A stretch of DNA of 50,798 bases from a virus (taxonomy: Duplodnaviria; Caudoviricetes). Of the stretch, positions 1 to 8,442 are shown one piece after another. Each line of letters starts with the position of its first letter. Position 1 is the stretch's first letter. The stretch spans positions 1 to 50,798 of the IMG/VR virus record IMGVR_UViG_3300049227_000013; one strand, written 5' to 3'. The translations under genes were made by a program, and so were the position numbers. The notes beneath the pieces were generated by a model, which did no database searches, was not told the DNA's origin, and worked only from the letters and a program-made list of their open reading frames with translations.

Positions 1-317
1 GGATAGATCGTCGTTCCGCCGCCGCCCCCGCTGAAGCCTCCACCGCCGCCCGGCCATCCACCGCCTCCGGGTCCGCCCGTACCGCCAGGGCCGCCACCGC
101 CTTGCTGCACAGGAGGCCATGGGCCGCCCCCGCCGCCAAAGCCGCCCGGAACCGTGTTGTCCCAGGTCATCGACTCGTTCATCGAGTTCTGGTTGTACTG
201 GTTCGTGTTCTGGGACTGGCTCGTGTTCTGGCTCTGGCTGATGTCGGGGTTAATGCCCAGCATCATCTGGAGCAGAGTCGAGGGGTCAAAGGCCCAACCG
301 CTGATACTCGGGTCCAT
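1..317 (-). CDS. Gly/Asn/Gln-rich low-complexity protein, partial (runs off window start)
   Basis: ATG at 317 overlaps the TAA of the upstream ORF (TAATG); reads MDPSISGWAFDPSTLLQMMLGINPDISQSQNTSQSQN...GGGGPGGTGG open to base 1; absent from the ORF track because there is no stop. Confidence 0.7.
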   Translation of the reverse strand, partial: MDPSISGWAFDPSTLLQMMLGINPDISQSQNTSQSQNTNQYNQNSMNESMTWDNTVPGGFGGGGGPWPPVQQGGGGPGGTGGPGGGGWPGGGGGFSGGGGGTTIY

Positions 318-715
318 TAGTCTAAGCCTCCAGAACCGCCCTGCTGCTGCTTGGAGCCGCCGAATTGCCGCGAAGCAGTGGGAGACCCCGCGCGGTTAGC
401 GACGGTGCGGTTGCTTTTGAAAGGAATGGTCGGCACAACCGTAGTCACCTTGCCCTGTGGACTCGTGATGACCTGCGTGCCGTTGGTCTGCTGAAGCTGA
501 ATCGCCTTCACGTTCTGCTGGTTGAAAGGTCCCACGGCGTTTTGATGGATGATGAGCGCATCGCCGGCCGGAGTCTGGACGTTGATGTGTACGGGGCCGT
601 CGATGTGAATCGAGTTGTTCGACGAGAACAGGGCGTACAACTCCCGCGCCAGTTCGTTCGCGTCCTTGAAGTTGCGGTTGAGGAGTCTGCCGATCTGGTC
701 GCCCATGAAGGCCAT
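317..715 (-). CDS. hypothetical virion-associated protein
   Basis: 132 aa ORF tightly coupled to flanking structural genes. Confidence 0.7.
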   Translation of the reverse strand: MAFMGDQIGRLLNRNFKDANELARELYALFSSNNSIHIDGPVHINVQTPAGDALIIHQNAVGPFNQQNVKAIQLQQTNGTQVITSPQGKVTTVVPTIPFKSNRTVANRAGSPTASRQFGGSKQQQGGSGGLD

Positions 716-718
716 TGC

Positions 719-3007
719 TCAAGCTCCGATCACGCCGTCGATCACTACCTCGTGCAATATTACCCTATCTTGGTTCTGCACCCCTTCCAGTTGCCACTGC
801 ACGAAGCGGTTCCCCTCGGCGTAAAGTTCGAGATGGCCGTCCACTCTCTTCTTGAGAAATCCGTTGGTTTTGGTCATGTCGCCCACAAGCGTCGGTGAGC
901 CGTCGGCCACGGCAATCCCGTCTCCGTCTGACGACGTGACATTGCCCGTCCAGTTGAACGGCACCGTCGAACGGTCGAGAAAGGCGGACAGAAGGATCGA
1001 CGTCGGGCTCGCACAGGGCTGGAAGTCCACTTCGATCCGTCGCGGAATGTTCTTGTCCTGGTCTGGGCCCATAAGTTGCTGGCGGAACTGCTTACTCTTC
1101 CAGCGCCAGAGGATGCCGCCAACCTGATACACGTCTCCCACAGCCGGCAGGATGCTCCACGGCTGGCTGATTCGTACCTGCGTATTGCTGAGAACCGTGG
1201 TGATGAGACGGGTCTGCCCCGCGGCCCGACCTGTGACAATCACAACCGGGATGTTCGACATGGTGTTGTCGAAGTCGGCGGAGCTATCGGTCAGCGTGCA
1301 GATCCCCGCGGCCGTGACCGTTCCCTGGACGGTCCCCTTCTGCGGATTGGCGCCGTCCAAGGTGCCCAAGGAAGCGGCAAGGATACGGCGTGCGGACGTT
1401 CCCAGGAACATCTGGCGTTGTCCCTGGATGCGGCCCATGATCGAAGCGCCGATCGGCACGGAATAATACTCGAACCACCAATTATCCGTGCGGTACTGGT
1501 AGCACAGCGCGTGCTGGGGAAGGTAAGAGCCGCCCAGGCACACGAACCAGCGGATCGTCTCTTCCTGCTCGTTGGCGACGCAGTGGAAGAACTTCTTCGC
1601 TTGCCAGTTGATTTGATAGGGGGCTCCTTGCGTCGTGAAGATGTCCTGCAACACTTCGCTGATCGAGTTCACGGAAGCATCGCCGCCCTCGGAGAACGAG
1701 TAGATGCCCTGCTCGTCCATGATGTATGCCTTGCCCTCGACCTTGACCCAGCACCGCGGGTTAATGCAGCCGCGGTCATAGGCTACGGTCACAAACCCGT
1801 CCGAAGCGGGATCGGCGGAGAACGAGAAGCGGAACGTGCGGCGGCGCTTCTGGACATAGAGGTAGGTCGTCTTGGTCATCAGCGACGTGATGTTGTCACC
1901 GTCCTCCTGGAGCGCGAACGCATTGGTCGGTGGGAACGCCTCGGGCAATCCCGGCTCGGAGTAGTAGACCAGATGCCTTTCCGCGGGCGCTGGGCGAATG
2001 GCGTAGAGCGCGTAGGGGTTGGTCGTTCCCGTGTAGGGTTGGGTCAGGGTGAGCGTCTGCGTGGTCGTGTTGACCGAAGCGATCTGGTAGTTCCTATCTC
2101 CCAGAGTCGGGTAGAGGAAGCGCCCCGCGAAGTTAGCCGGCCAGATGGTCGAGTTGCCCTGAACCTGGGTCGAGCCGAATGTCAGCGCAACGCATCCTTC
2201 CGTGTACTCCCCGTCGGCCGCAGCGAACATGCGGTCCTGAAGCTGCTGAATCGACTGCTTCCACGAGGGGGGAGGGTCGAACTGGTGAAAGAATCCGTTG
2301 TTGTTGGCGTCGAGCACGTTGTAGAAGGGCTGCGCCGACAAGACGGGATCATCGTAGCCTGGCCCGGTCAGGGTCGTCGAAGTCAGATCGGTTGTGTCGA
2401 TCTCGACATAGTAGGTCGTGCTCTGGCCGTTGGTGTTGCGGAGGATCTGCCGCCTGACGACTTTCGGTTCTTGCGGCACGGCGACGTTGGTGTACGTGAT
2501 CCCCGCCACGCCCGCGATGTAGGTTCCCCCGCCCTGATAGAAGTCATTGCCTGCCGGAGTGATGCCGCTGATGAAGTCGTACGCCAGGGCGAAGTTGTCT
2601 CCGTCCACGACGGCGATCACCCACGTTCCGTTAGCTGCGGTATTGCCAAAGCAGCCGATGATCTGCACGACGGCGCCCGACAAGAGCCCGTGCCCCGGAG
2701 CGTTGATGACGATGGGCGTCGTGAACGTCGCGTCCACAACTGTCCCGGAGGAGGAAGCTGCCGTGTAGACGTTCGAGATCGGGGACAGAGACGAGAAGTT
2801 GCCGTACTGATCGACGAAGCGCAGGTAGGCCGTGTAGCTGCCGACGATCGGCCCGAGCCCCGTACCGGAGAGCGTGAGCGCCTGAGTGGGGAAGGCAACG
2901 CCGGCCGCCTCGGCTTGCGGACTGAAGCCGTTCCAGCGCAGCATCGGATTGATACCGTTGGCGACGAGGAGAAGGCCCTGGTCGGTCTCGGCGAATGTGT
3001 CGGGCAC
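719..3007 (-). CDS. tail nozzle / stabilisation protein (P22 gp10 / tubular-B-like) with E1-FCCH-like insert
   Basis: 762 aa, beta-rich; YYSEPGLPEAFP, GDNITSL, GCINPRCW propeller-like motifs; PIVINAPGHGL insert; GGAGG RBS before GTG. Confidence 0.7.
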   Translation of the reverse strand: MPDTFAETDQGLLLVANGINPMLRWNGFSPQAEAAGVAFPTQALTLSGTGLGPIVGSYTAYLRFVDQYGNFSSLSPISNVYTAASSSGTVVDATFTTPIVINAPGHGLLSGAVVQIIGCFGNTAANGTWVIAVVDGDNFALAYDFISGITPAGNDFYQGGGTYIAGVAGITYTNVAVPQEPKVVRRQILRNTNGQSTTYYVEIDTTDLTSTTLTGPGYDDPVLSAQPFYNVLDANNNGFFHQFDPPPSWKQSIQQLQDRMFAAADGEYTEGCVALTFGSTQVQGNSTIWPANFAGRFLYPTLGDRNYQIASVNTTTQTLTLTQPYTGTTNPYALYAIRPAPAERHLVYYSEPGLPEAFPPTNAFALQEDGDNITSLMTKTTYLYVQKRRRTFRFSFSADPASDGFVTVAYDRGCINPRCWVKVEGKAYIMDEQGIYSFSEGGDASVNSISEVLQDIFTTQGAPYQINWQAKKFFHCVANEQEETIRWFVCLGGSYLPQHALCYQYRTDNWWFEYYSVPIGASIMGRIQGQRQMFLGTSARRILAASLGTLDGANPQKGTVQGTVTAAGICTLTDSSADFDNTMSNIPVVIVTGRAAGQTRLITTVLSNTQVRISQPWSILPAVGDVYQVGGILWRWKSKQFRQQLMGPDQDKNIPRRIEVDFQPCASPTSILLSAFLDRSTVPFNWTGNVTSSDGDGIAVADGSPTLVGDMTKTNGFLKKRVDGHLELYAEGNRFVQWQLEGVQNQDRVILHEVVIDGVIGA

Positions 3008-3009
3008 AG

Positions 3010-3219
3010 TCAGCCTCCATATTGCCCCGTGGCCAGATCGGCGTTGGAACTTTGCAAGCTCAGGAAGTTGACGAAACCCGAGACGGATTGATAGATGATC
3101 GGCAGGTACACGGTCCCGGTTAATGTGACCTTCGCGTTGACGATGGGATCGTCCGTCGGGGAACCAGTCCCCGGCGTCAGCGTCACGGTTCCGGTCACAG
3201 TTTGCAGATTGTCCGCCAT
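3010..3219 (-). CDS. small Thr-rich structural protein
   Basis: 69 aa, in operon with 1-2 nt gaps. Confidence 0.6.
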   Translation of the reverse strand: MADNLQTVTGTVTLTPGTGSPTDDPIVNAKVTLTGTVYLPIIYQSVSGFVNFLSLQSSNADLATGQYGG

Positions 3220-3220
3220 C

Positions 3221-3733
3221 TTATGCAGCGCCTAAGGTGTACGTCACTTTCAAAAGCTGCCCGTTGGCCATGAGTTGCGGAGAGCCGAAAGCACCCGTCG
3301 CCCACAGCGTTCCCGTCGCTCCGCCCTTGACGTTGCTGCTCGTGATGAAGATGCCGTAGATGGTTGGCGTTCCCGAGATCGTGAACGTCATGGCGGCGCC
3401 GTTGGTGATCGACGCACCCGCCGCGGCTCCCGCGCCCCACGTCTGCCGCACGCCTTCGGAGTAGGCCGTGCTCTCCGCCCAACCGGCGTGCGAGGCCATC
3501 GTGTCGGCGGAAGCAAGAGCGGAGAAACCGGCGTTGTCGATCAGGCCGCCGTACCATGTTGCAACCTGGCCTCCGCCGACGAACTCGGTATTGAGCAGGT
3601 GATTGAGGCCGCCCGTGGTGTTGCCGTTGTGGAAGTCCTTGGCCCACAAGGGGGCGTCGCCTCGGTCAAAGGCTTCTTGGCTCTCAAAGGCTTCGACGTG
3701 GAAGACGCCGCCGATATCGAACTTTGCATCCAT
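3221..3733 (-). CDS. phage tail/fibre assembly structural protein
   Basis: 170 aa, ITNGAAMTFTISG...IYGIFI...LKVTYTL pattern common in virion proteins. Confidence 0.65.
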   Translation of the reverse strand: MDAKFDIGGVFHVEAFESQEAFDRGDAPLWAKDFHNGNTTGGLNHLLNTEFVGGGQVATWYGGLIDNAGFSALASADTMASHAGWAESTAYSEGVRQTWGAGAAAGASITNGAAMTFTISGTPTIYGIFITSSNVKGGATGTLWATGAFGSPQLMANGQLLKVTYTLGAA

Positions 3734-3736
3734 CGG

Positions 3737-4165
3737 TCACACTCCCGGATTTCTGCCCTTGGCCAAGTTGCCGCCGTCCATTTGGTAGATCAAGTTCTGC
3801 GCCCATGGCCGATCATGGTAGTGCAGGGCGATGATCGAGCCGGAGTAGTTGCCGCCGTCCACAACCTCGAAGGTGTCCTCGGACTGGAACGCGGGTGCGC
3901 TGCCGATCACCCAATGGTAAATGACGGTGTAAAGCCCGACGGCCGTGTAGTAAGAGGTCAGGAACCAGTTCTGCTGGAAGTACCCCGGCGCGTTGGCCGG
4001 ATCAACGATGGGAACCAGATCGGCGGAGATGATGAGAGCGTTAGCGGGCGAGAAAATGTCCATCGTCGGAGCGGCGGCCGGGGGCGTCGGGACACCGTTC
4101 GCGTCGATGCAGAAACAGCCCAGCGGCACCTTTTGGCCGACTTGGTATCTGCCCCGGAACGCCAT
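3737..4165 (-). CDS. Ig-like virion protein
   Basis: likely start MAFRGRYQVG at 4165; GLYTVIYHW Ig-like strand. Confidence 0.55.
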   Translation of the reverse strand: MAFRGRYQVGQKVPLGCFCIDANGVPTPPAAAPTMDIFSPANALIISADLVPIVDPANAPGYFQQNWFLTSYYTAVGLYTVIYHWVIGSAPAFQSEDTFEVVDGGNYSGSIIALHYHDRPWAQNLIYQMDGGNLAKGRNPGV

Positions 4166-4179
4166 AGCCCTAGTTTGCG

Positions 4180-4416
4180 TTATTGGCCTGTTGTTGTGCG
4201 GATTTGCTGGTTCTGCTCCCAGCCCACAGTGTAGGGCCAATTCGGAATGCGATAGGGGTAGGGAGTGATGGGTTGATAGGGCGGCATCACGACGGGAGCC
4301 GGTGGGTACACGTAAACGATTGGCTGCTTCATGGCCAGTGCCAGTTTGAGCGAACGGACCTCGACCTCTAACTCGTCGATCCGCTCGGCCATTTTGGAGA
4401 TTTCTTGCTTTGTCAT
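4180..4416 (-). CDS. hypothetical protein (coiled-coil N-terminus, Pro/Tyr-rich tail)
   Basis: 78 aa ORF filling the gap between neighbours. Confidence 0.55.
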   Translation of the reverse strand: MTKQEISKMAERIDELEVEVRSLKLALAMKQPIVYVYPPAPVVMPPYQPITPYPYRIPNWPYTVGWEQNQQIRTTTGQ

Positions 4417-4420
4417 GTTC

Positions 4421-4972
4421 TCACCCGAAGTTGTTCTTGACCTTGAACCAGACCGAATCGCCCTTCACGCCGTCCTTGCCGAACTCATCCACGGCCTTGT
4501 TGACGCCCTTGAAGTAGCCGTAGTCGTGGCCGCACAGGATGCCGCCATCGCGCACGTGCGGGAACCACGCCTTGATGTCGTACTTCACCGACTCGTATTC
4601 ATGGTCGCCGTCGATGAAGACCATATCGGCCTTGAATGGCCAGACGGAGGCCCACTGGTCGGAACGGCCGCGGCAGGGGAAGATGTTGACGAAGAGTTCC
4701 GGCCCGACGTTCTTGCAGAAGGTCTCGAACACTCCCTGCTCACCGAACGTCTTATACAACTCGTCCATCCGGTCGGTGCTGCCCTTCCAGTGGTCGATGC
4801 ACCAGAGGAGACCGCCCCCCTCGACCATTGCCATAGCAGTCTGACCGACGTAGGAGCCGATCTCAACCACGCGCGCGATGTTGCCGTTACAAGCGGACAT
4901 GCCGACGAGCTCCTTGAGGGCGGCAAGGTCCTCGTCCTTCGTCCGGTGTCCGAGAAAGTTGGCTATGGTCAT
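4421..4972 (-). CDS. class I SAM-dependent methyltransferase (Methyltransf_24-like)
   Basis: VVEIGSYVG motif I, IDHW, FIDGDHEY, GGILCGHDY; ATGA overlap with upstream gene gives start 4972. Confidence 0.85.
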   Translation of the reverse strand: MTIANFLGHRTKDEDLAALKELVGMSACNGNIARVVEIGSYVGQTAMAMVEGGGLLWCIDHWKGSTDRMDELYKTFGEQGVFETFCKNVGPELFVNIFPCRGRSDQWASVWPFKADMVFIDGDHEYESVKYDIKAWFPHVRDGGILCGHDYGYFKGVNKAVDEFGKDGVKGDSVWFKVKNNFG

Positions 4973-5508
4973 GCGACTGTGAAAGTAAAGAGATCGCCAA
5001 CGCCAGCGCCGTTCACCGTTGCGTACCAGACCGCTGCGTAGGTCGTGCCCGCAAGGTAGCCGTTTGCTCCCAGGCAGGCAATGGCGACATTGTATAAACC
5101 CGCCACATGCCAGAGTCCGCCGCCGCCATACGCGCCGTTGCCGGCCACGCCGTTCAGGCTGAACGTGTTGGCGTCGATCACGGTAATCGTGAAGGTGCCG
5201 TTGGCGTTGGTGTTGGTGAGGACGCCCGAGATGGTGACGCGCGTGCCGCTGGCAAGGCCGTGATTGGCCGAAGTGATTTGGATGGGATTGGTGTTGGTCG
5301 CGTTGGTGATGACGCCGCCCGCGGGCCCGCTGTCCTTGATCGTCGCCGTCAGCGAGCCGTTGGGCATGAGCCCCGCGGGACCGTAGACGCGCACCGTGGG
5401 AGCAATGCCCCCGTCGCCGTCCTGGGGCGCGCCGGTGCTCATGTTCTTGGTCAGGATCGGCGCGTTGAGCGTTTGTTCCTGGACGACGAAGCCGACGAAG
5501 TGCGGCAT
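4969..5508 (-). CDS. virion protein with E1-FCCH-like domain
   Basis: ITNATNTNPIQITSANHGLASGTRVTISGV...NGTFTITVIDANTFSL. Confidence 0.75.
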   Translation of the reverse strand: MPHFVGFVVQEQTLNAPILTKNMSTGAPQDGDGGIAPTVRVYGPAGLMPNGSLTATIKDSGPAGGVITNATNTNPIQITSANHGLASGTRVTISGVLTNTNANGTFTITVIDANTFSLNGVAGNGAYGGGGLWHVAGLYNVAIACLGANGYLAGTTYAAVWYATVNGAGVGDLFTFTVA

Positions 5509-5632
5509 GGTAAGAACTCCGGGTCTTCATCAAGGGACCAGGCGATGCGGTGTAGCAAATCGGTGAGCGACAATTGGCCAACCGCCCACTTTAGGTAGTC
5601 TCGTTGGATCAACTTTAGTCTGTCGCGTGGAC

Positions 5633-5824
5633 TCATGGGTCGAAGGAAACGATCTTGTACCCCAGCCGGCACTTGAGCGCCCCGATCTGGGACTGAATGT
5701 TGACCTGATCGGTCGCCGCGCCCGAAGGAATGTCGTCGGGGTCCGGCTTGGTCATGATGCCGGGGAAGTCGGTGATGTTGGCCTGCGACTTCGCAACCTT
5801 CTGCTGCTCCTCACCCATCGCCAT
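5633..5824 (-). CDS. small protein resembling the N-terminus of tail-nozzle/stabilisation proteins
   Basis: DFPGIMTKPDPDDIPSGAATDQVNIQSQIGALKCRLGY. Confidence 0.55.
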   Translation of the reverse strand: MAMGEEQQKVAKSQANITDFPGIMTKPDPDDIPSGAATDQVNIQSQIGALKCRLGYKIVSFDP

Positions 5825-6038
5825 CGAGGGCTCCTTCGAGAAAGTAGCGGGCCAGGGGAGTGTCGAACGCCTTGCCCAAGAGCAGGTCCCTCTGGACGTA
5901 ATCCTTGGACATGCACTTGGCCCTCAGACAGTTGCGGCGAATGACGTCGATCGCTATGTCGATCGCCATGCGGTTCTCGGTCTTGTCCCGCTTCCAGATG
6001 CGGACAACCATCGGCACCTTGGGACGTAACTCGATCAT
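5811..6038 (-). CDS. hypothetical protein
   Basis: MIELRPKV start overlapping the stop of the adaptor gene (ATGA). Confidence 0.5.
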   Translation of the reverse strand: MIELRPKVPMVVRIWKRDKTENRMAIDIAIDVIRRNCLRAKCMSKDYVQRDLLLGKAFDTPLARYFLEGALDGDG

Positions 6039-7189
6039 GGCACGTCGGGCCCAACAGGCATGTTCGCCAACCGCCAGCCGTAAGGCATCTGGTGTCCCGC
6101 GGTGCGGGGAGCCAGGTTGCGTGCATCGGCCTCGCGGGCCTGGAGCATGGCCAGCTTGTAGCTCGCCTCTTCCCAGTCCGAGGTCTCGATGCGTCGGGCA
6201 ATCCGCATCTGCTTCTCGCACTCGCGCAGGAAGGCGGTCATCATCGCGCCCTGCTCCACGTCGCAGGGATCGCTGATGGCGTAGGCCGTATTAGTGTAGG
6301 TGACCGGAATCACGTCGTCCGTGGTCAAAGCGTTGGGAGCCGTGACGGCGGTAACAACACGCTCGTAGGTGTAGGGGTTGCTGCCGGCCAAGCCGGTCGG
6401 CGTTAGTGTTGCCGAGGCCGTGAACCGAATAGCGCAGCCCACCATATTCGGAGTCCAGGCCGTATTCGTCCCCGCGATCGTGTTGGTGTTGGCAGTGACC
6501 GTAATCGACCCGGCGTTATAGAGGTCGAGAAGGAGCGGCCGGGGACGCCGCATGTACATGAAGTCGTAGGGGTAGATGTTGTCGGGTGGAGGGTAGAACC
6601 GGACTGCCATCGAGCCGAAGAAGCGTTCCGATCCGGTGATCGTGTACATCCACGGCGCCGCAACACCAGTGTTCAAGCGCCGCCTCAAGAGCCATTCCCG
6701 CGGCTGTTCAAAGGAAAGACGCCGGTAGTTGATCTCGTTGATCAGTTCGTCAATGGCCAAGCAGTCGCACGGCAGCACGTAGCTGTCTTGGTAAAGGTTG
6801 TAGGGCGTCTGCGTGGCAATATCGACGCCGGGGTTGCTGTTGGTCGATAGCTGGACGACGGTGGGGCTAATGTAGGCGATGACCTGATACTGCACGGAGT
6901 TGATGACGATGACGCCCAAGCCGGCCCAGAGCGGGAACGTGCCGCCCGTCAGATTGACCTGGAGCGTGCTTTGCTGGTAGGTGATCGTGCCGGTGCTGTA
7001 GGCCGCCACGGTGTTCAAGCGGCCGAGTTGCCAGTAGTAGAGCCAGCGGTGATGCGAGGAGAACTCGCGGACGGCTTGCTGAACGGAGCGGCGCGCGTCA
7101 CGCAGAGCGGCCTGGTCGTTGAGCGCCCCTACATAGTCTTGAAGATGGTCTTCGAGGTCCTTGTAGGTCGTCAGTTGAATCGCGGCCAT
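6035..7189 (-). CDS. head-tail adaptor / tail tubular A-like protein
   Basis: helical N-terminus, DSYVLPCD, PWMYTI...RFYPPPD...YMRRP adaptor-type motifs with beta-rich inserts. Confidence 0.7.
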   Translation of the reverse strand: MAAIQLTTYKDLEDHLQDYVGALNDQAALRDARRSVQQAVREFSSHHRWLYYWQLGRLNTVAAYSTGTITYQQSTLQVNLTGGTFPLWAGLGVIVINSVQYQVIAYISPTVVQLSTNSNPGVDIATQTPYNLYQDSYVLPCDCLAIDELINEINYRRLSFEQPREWLLRRRLNTGVAAPWMYTITGSERFFGSMAVRFYPPPDNIYPYDFMYMRRPRPLLLDLYNAGSITVTANTNTIAGTNTAWTPNMVGCAIRFTASATLTPTGLAGSNPYTYERVVTAVTAPNALTTDDVIPVTYTNTAYAISDPCDVEQGAMMTAFLRECEKQMRIARRIETSDWEEASYKLAMLQAREADARNLAPRTAGHQMPYGWRLANMPVGPDVP

Positions 7190-8433
7190 TACCGGCACTC
7201 GTCAGGTTTAGGCTTGAGGCTGCACCCCTCGTCCACGCGATGACTAAGTGTACTACCTTCATCCTGTCGGGGGCGGTCGGTGCTGCCCTCGTCGATGCGC
7301 TGCGGGAGAATGGTGTCGCAGCAGTCCACGATTCCCATGGCAGCCGGGACGTAATCGACAAAGGCATAACAGGCAGTGACGCGGCAGGGATTGCCGTCAA
7401 CTTGCGCCACGCCGATCTGCGTGGCATTGACTCCCCCGGCCGTCCACGGCAGGCCGGTTGCCGGGTCGGTGTCGAAAAGTCTTTGGAACGGGGTGTAGTT
7501 GGCAACACCGCCAGCCTGGTCCGTGTCGCTATCCACCAATCCACTCCGCATTCGCAAACTTTGCTTGCTGTTCACCGCTCCATCACGTTTCAGCCGGACA
7601 TACGCCTTGTAGGTGTTAATCGTGCCGATGATCCCGCCGCGGACCACGCATGTGAAAGCCTGCCCTGCCCCCATGCCGTTGACGTAGCTGACATCCTCAT
7701 CAGGTGGAACCTCATCGACGGCGGCCCAGCGCTGGGGAGCGCCGTTAGGAACGCCCGCCAAATAGAAGCCGTCGCCGACAGGAAGAATTATTCCGCTCTG
7801 CCCTCGACCTGGATAAACCGCATCGTTCCACAACGTATCGGCGAAGTAGTAATCAACGGTGTTATTGTGGTTGTTGTCCACCTTGCCCAAGTCAACAGAC
7901 GGGCAAGGGAACGTATTCAGGTTGCCCGTGCCGCTTAATGTTTCAAGAAGCGTCTCTGTCGGGTCGTAAATTTGCACTTCCCACGGCCCAGGGTTGCCTG
8001 TGCCGCAATGAACCTGGATGCGGTAAAACTGACTGGCGGAGAGAACCGTGGAGCTAGTTGCCATCGTGGCGGACTGGCTATCGACGATTTGGATCGTGCC
8101 TGCCGAAGTAAGCCACAGGGACATCTTTTCGGGCGGGCTGCCCCCGGTCGCATTGAACTGCATGAACGGTTCGTTCTGCACCGCCGCCTTGATCTTGTAG
8201 GCGAAGTAGGTGCGAAATAAAGAATCAGTGACGTTGCCAACAAAAAATCCAGCTGGACCGAGCGGAGCGCACTTTACAGTCCCTAGAGCCACCCCAGCAG
8301 GGTTGAGCCTTGCCGCCCATCCGCCGGGAAACCGGGCGAACACGTTTTGAATCGACCCCGTGCCGTTAACTATCCCGCCGCCAGCGTACTCGCTCGCGTT
8401 CTGCACCAAATTGCAGGCGTGAAAAACATTCAT
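7189..8433 (-). CDS. virion/tail protein with lectin-like beta sandwich
   Basis: 414 aa; QFYRIQVH, WEVQIY, YYFADTLWND; C-terminal RxDEG repeats. Confidence 0.6.
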   Translation of the reverse strand: MNVFHACNLVQNASEYAGGGIVNGTGSIQNVFARFPGGWAARLNPAGVALGTVKCAPLGPAGFFVGNVTDSLFRTYFAYKIKAAVQNEPFMQFNATGGSPPEKMSLWLTSAGTIQIVDSQSATMATSSTVLSASQFYRIQVHCGTGNPGPWEVQIYDPTETLLETLSGTGNLNTFPCPSVDLGKVDNNHNNTVDYYFADTLWNDAVYPGRGQSGIILPVGDGFYLAGVPNGAPQRWAAVDEVPPDEDVSYVNGMGAGQAFTCVVRGGIIGTINTYKAYVRLKRDGAVNSKQSLRMRSGLVDSDTDQAGGVANYTPFQRLFDTDPATGLPWTAGGVNATQIGVAQVDGNPCRVTACYAFVDYVPAAMGIVDCCDTILPQRIDEGSTDRPRQDEGSTLSHRVDEGCSLKPKPDECR

Positions 8434-8442
8434 TCAAAGCTC

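Noticed and set aside
1076-3091. Long antisense ORFs (also 26283-28007 + and 34738-36948 -)
   Set aside because: Shadow frames opposite well-supported genes in GC-rich DNA, with no motifs.
4973-5581. 386-aa N-terminally extended methyltransferase
   Set aside because: The extension overlaps the better-supported 4969-5508 gene; the ATGA-coupled start at 4972 is more plausible.
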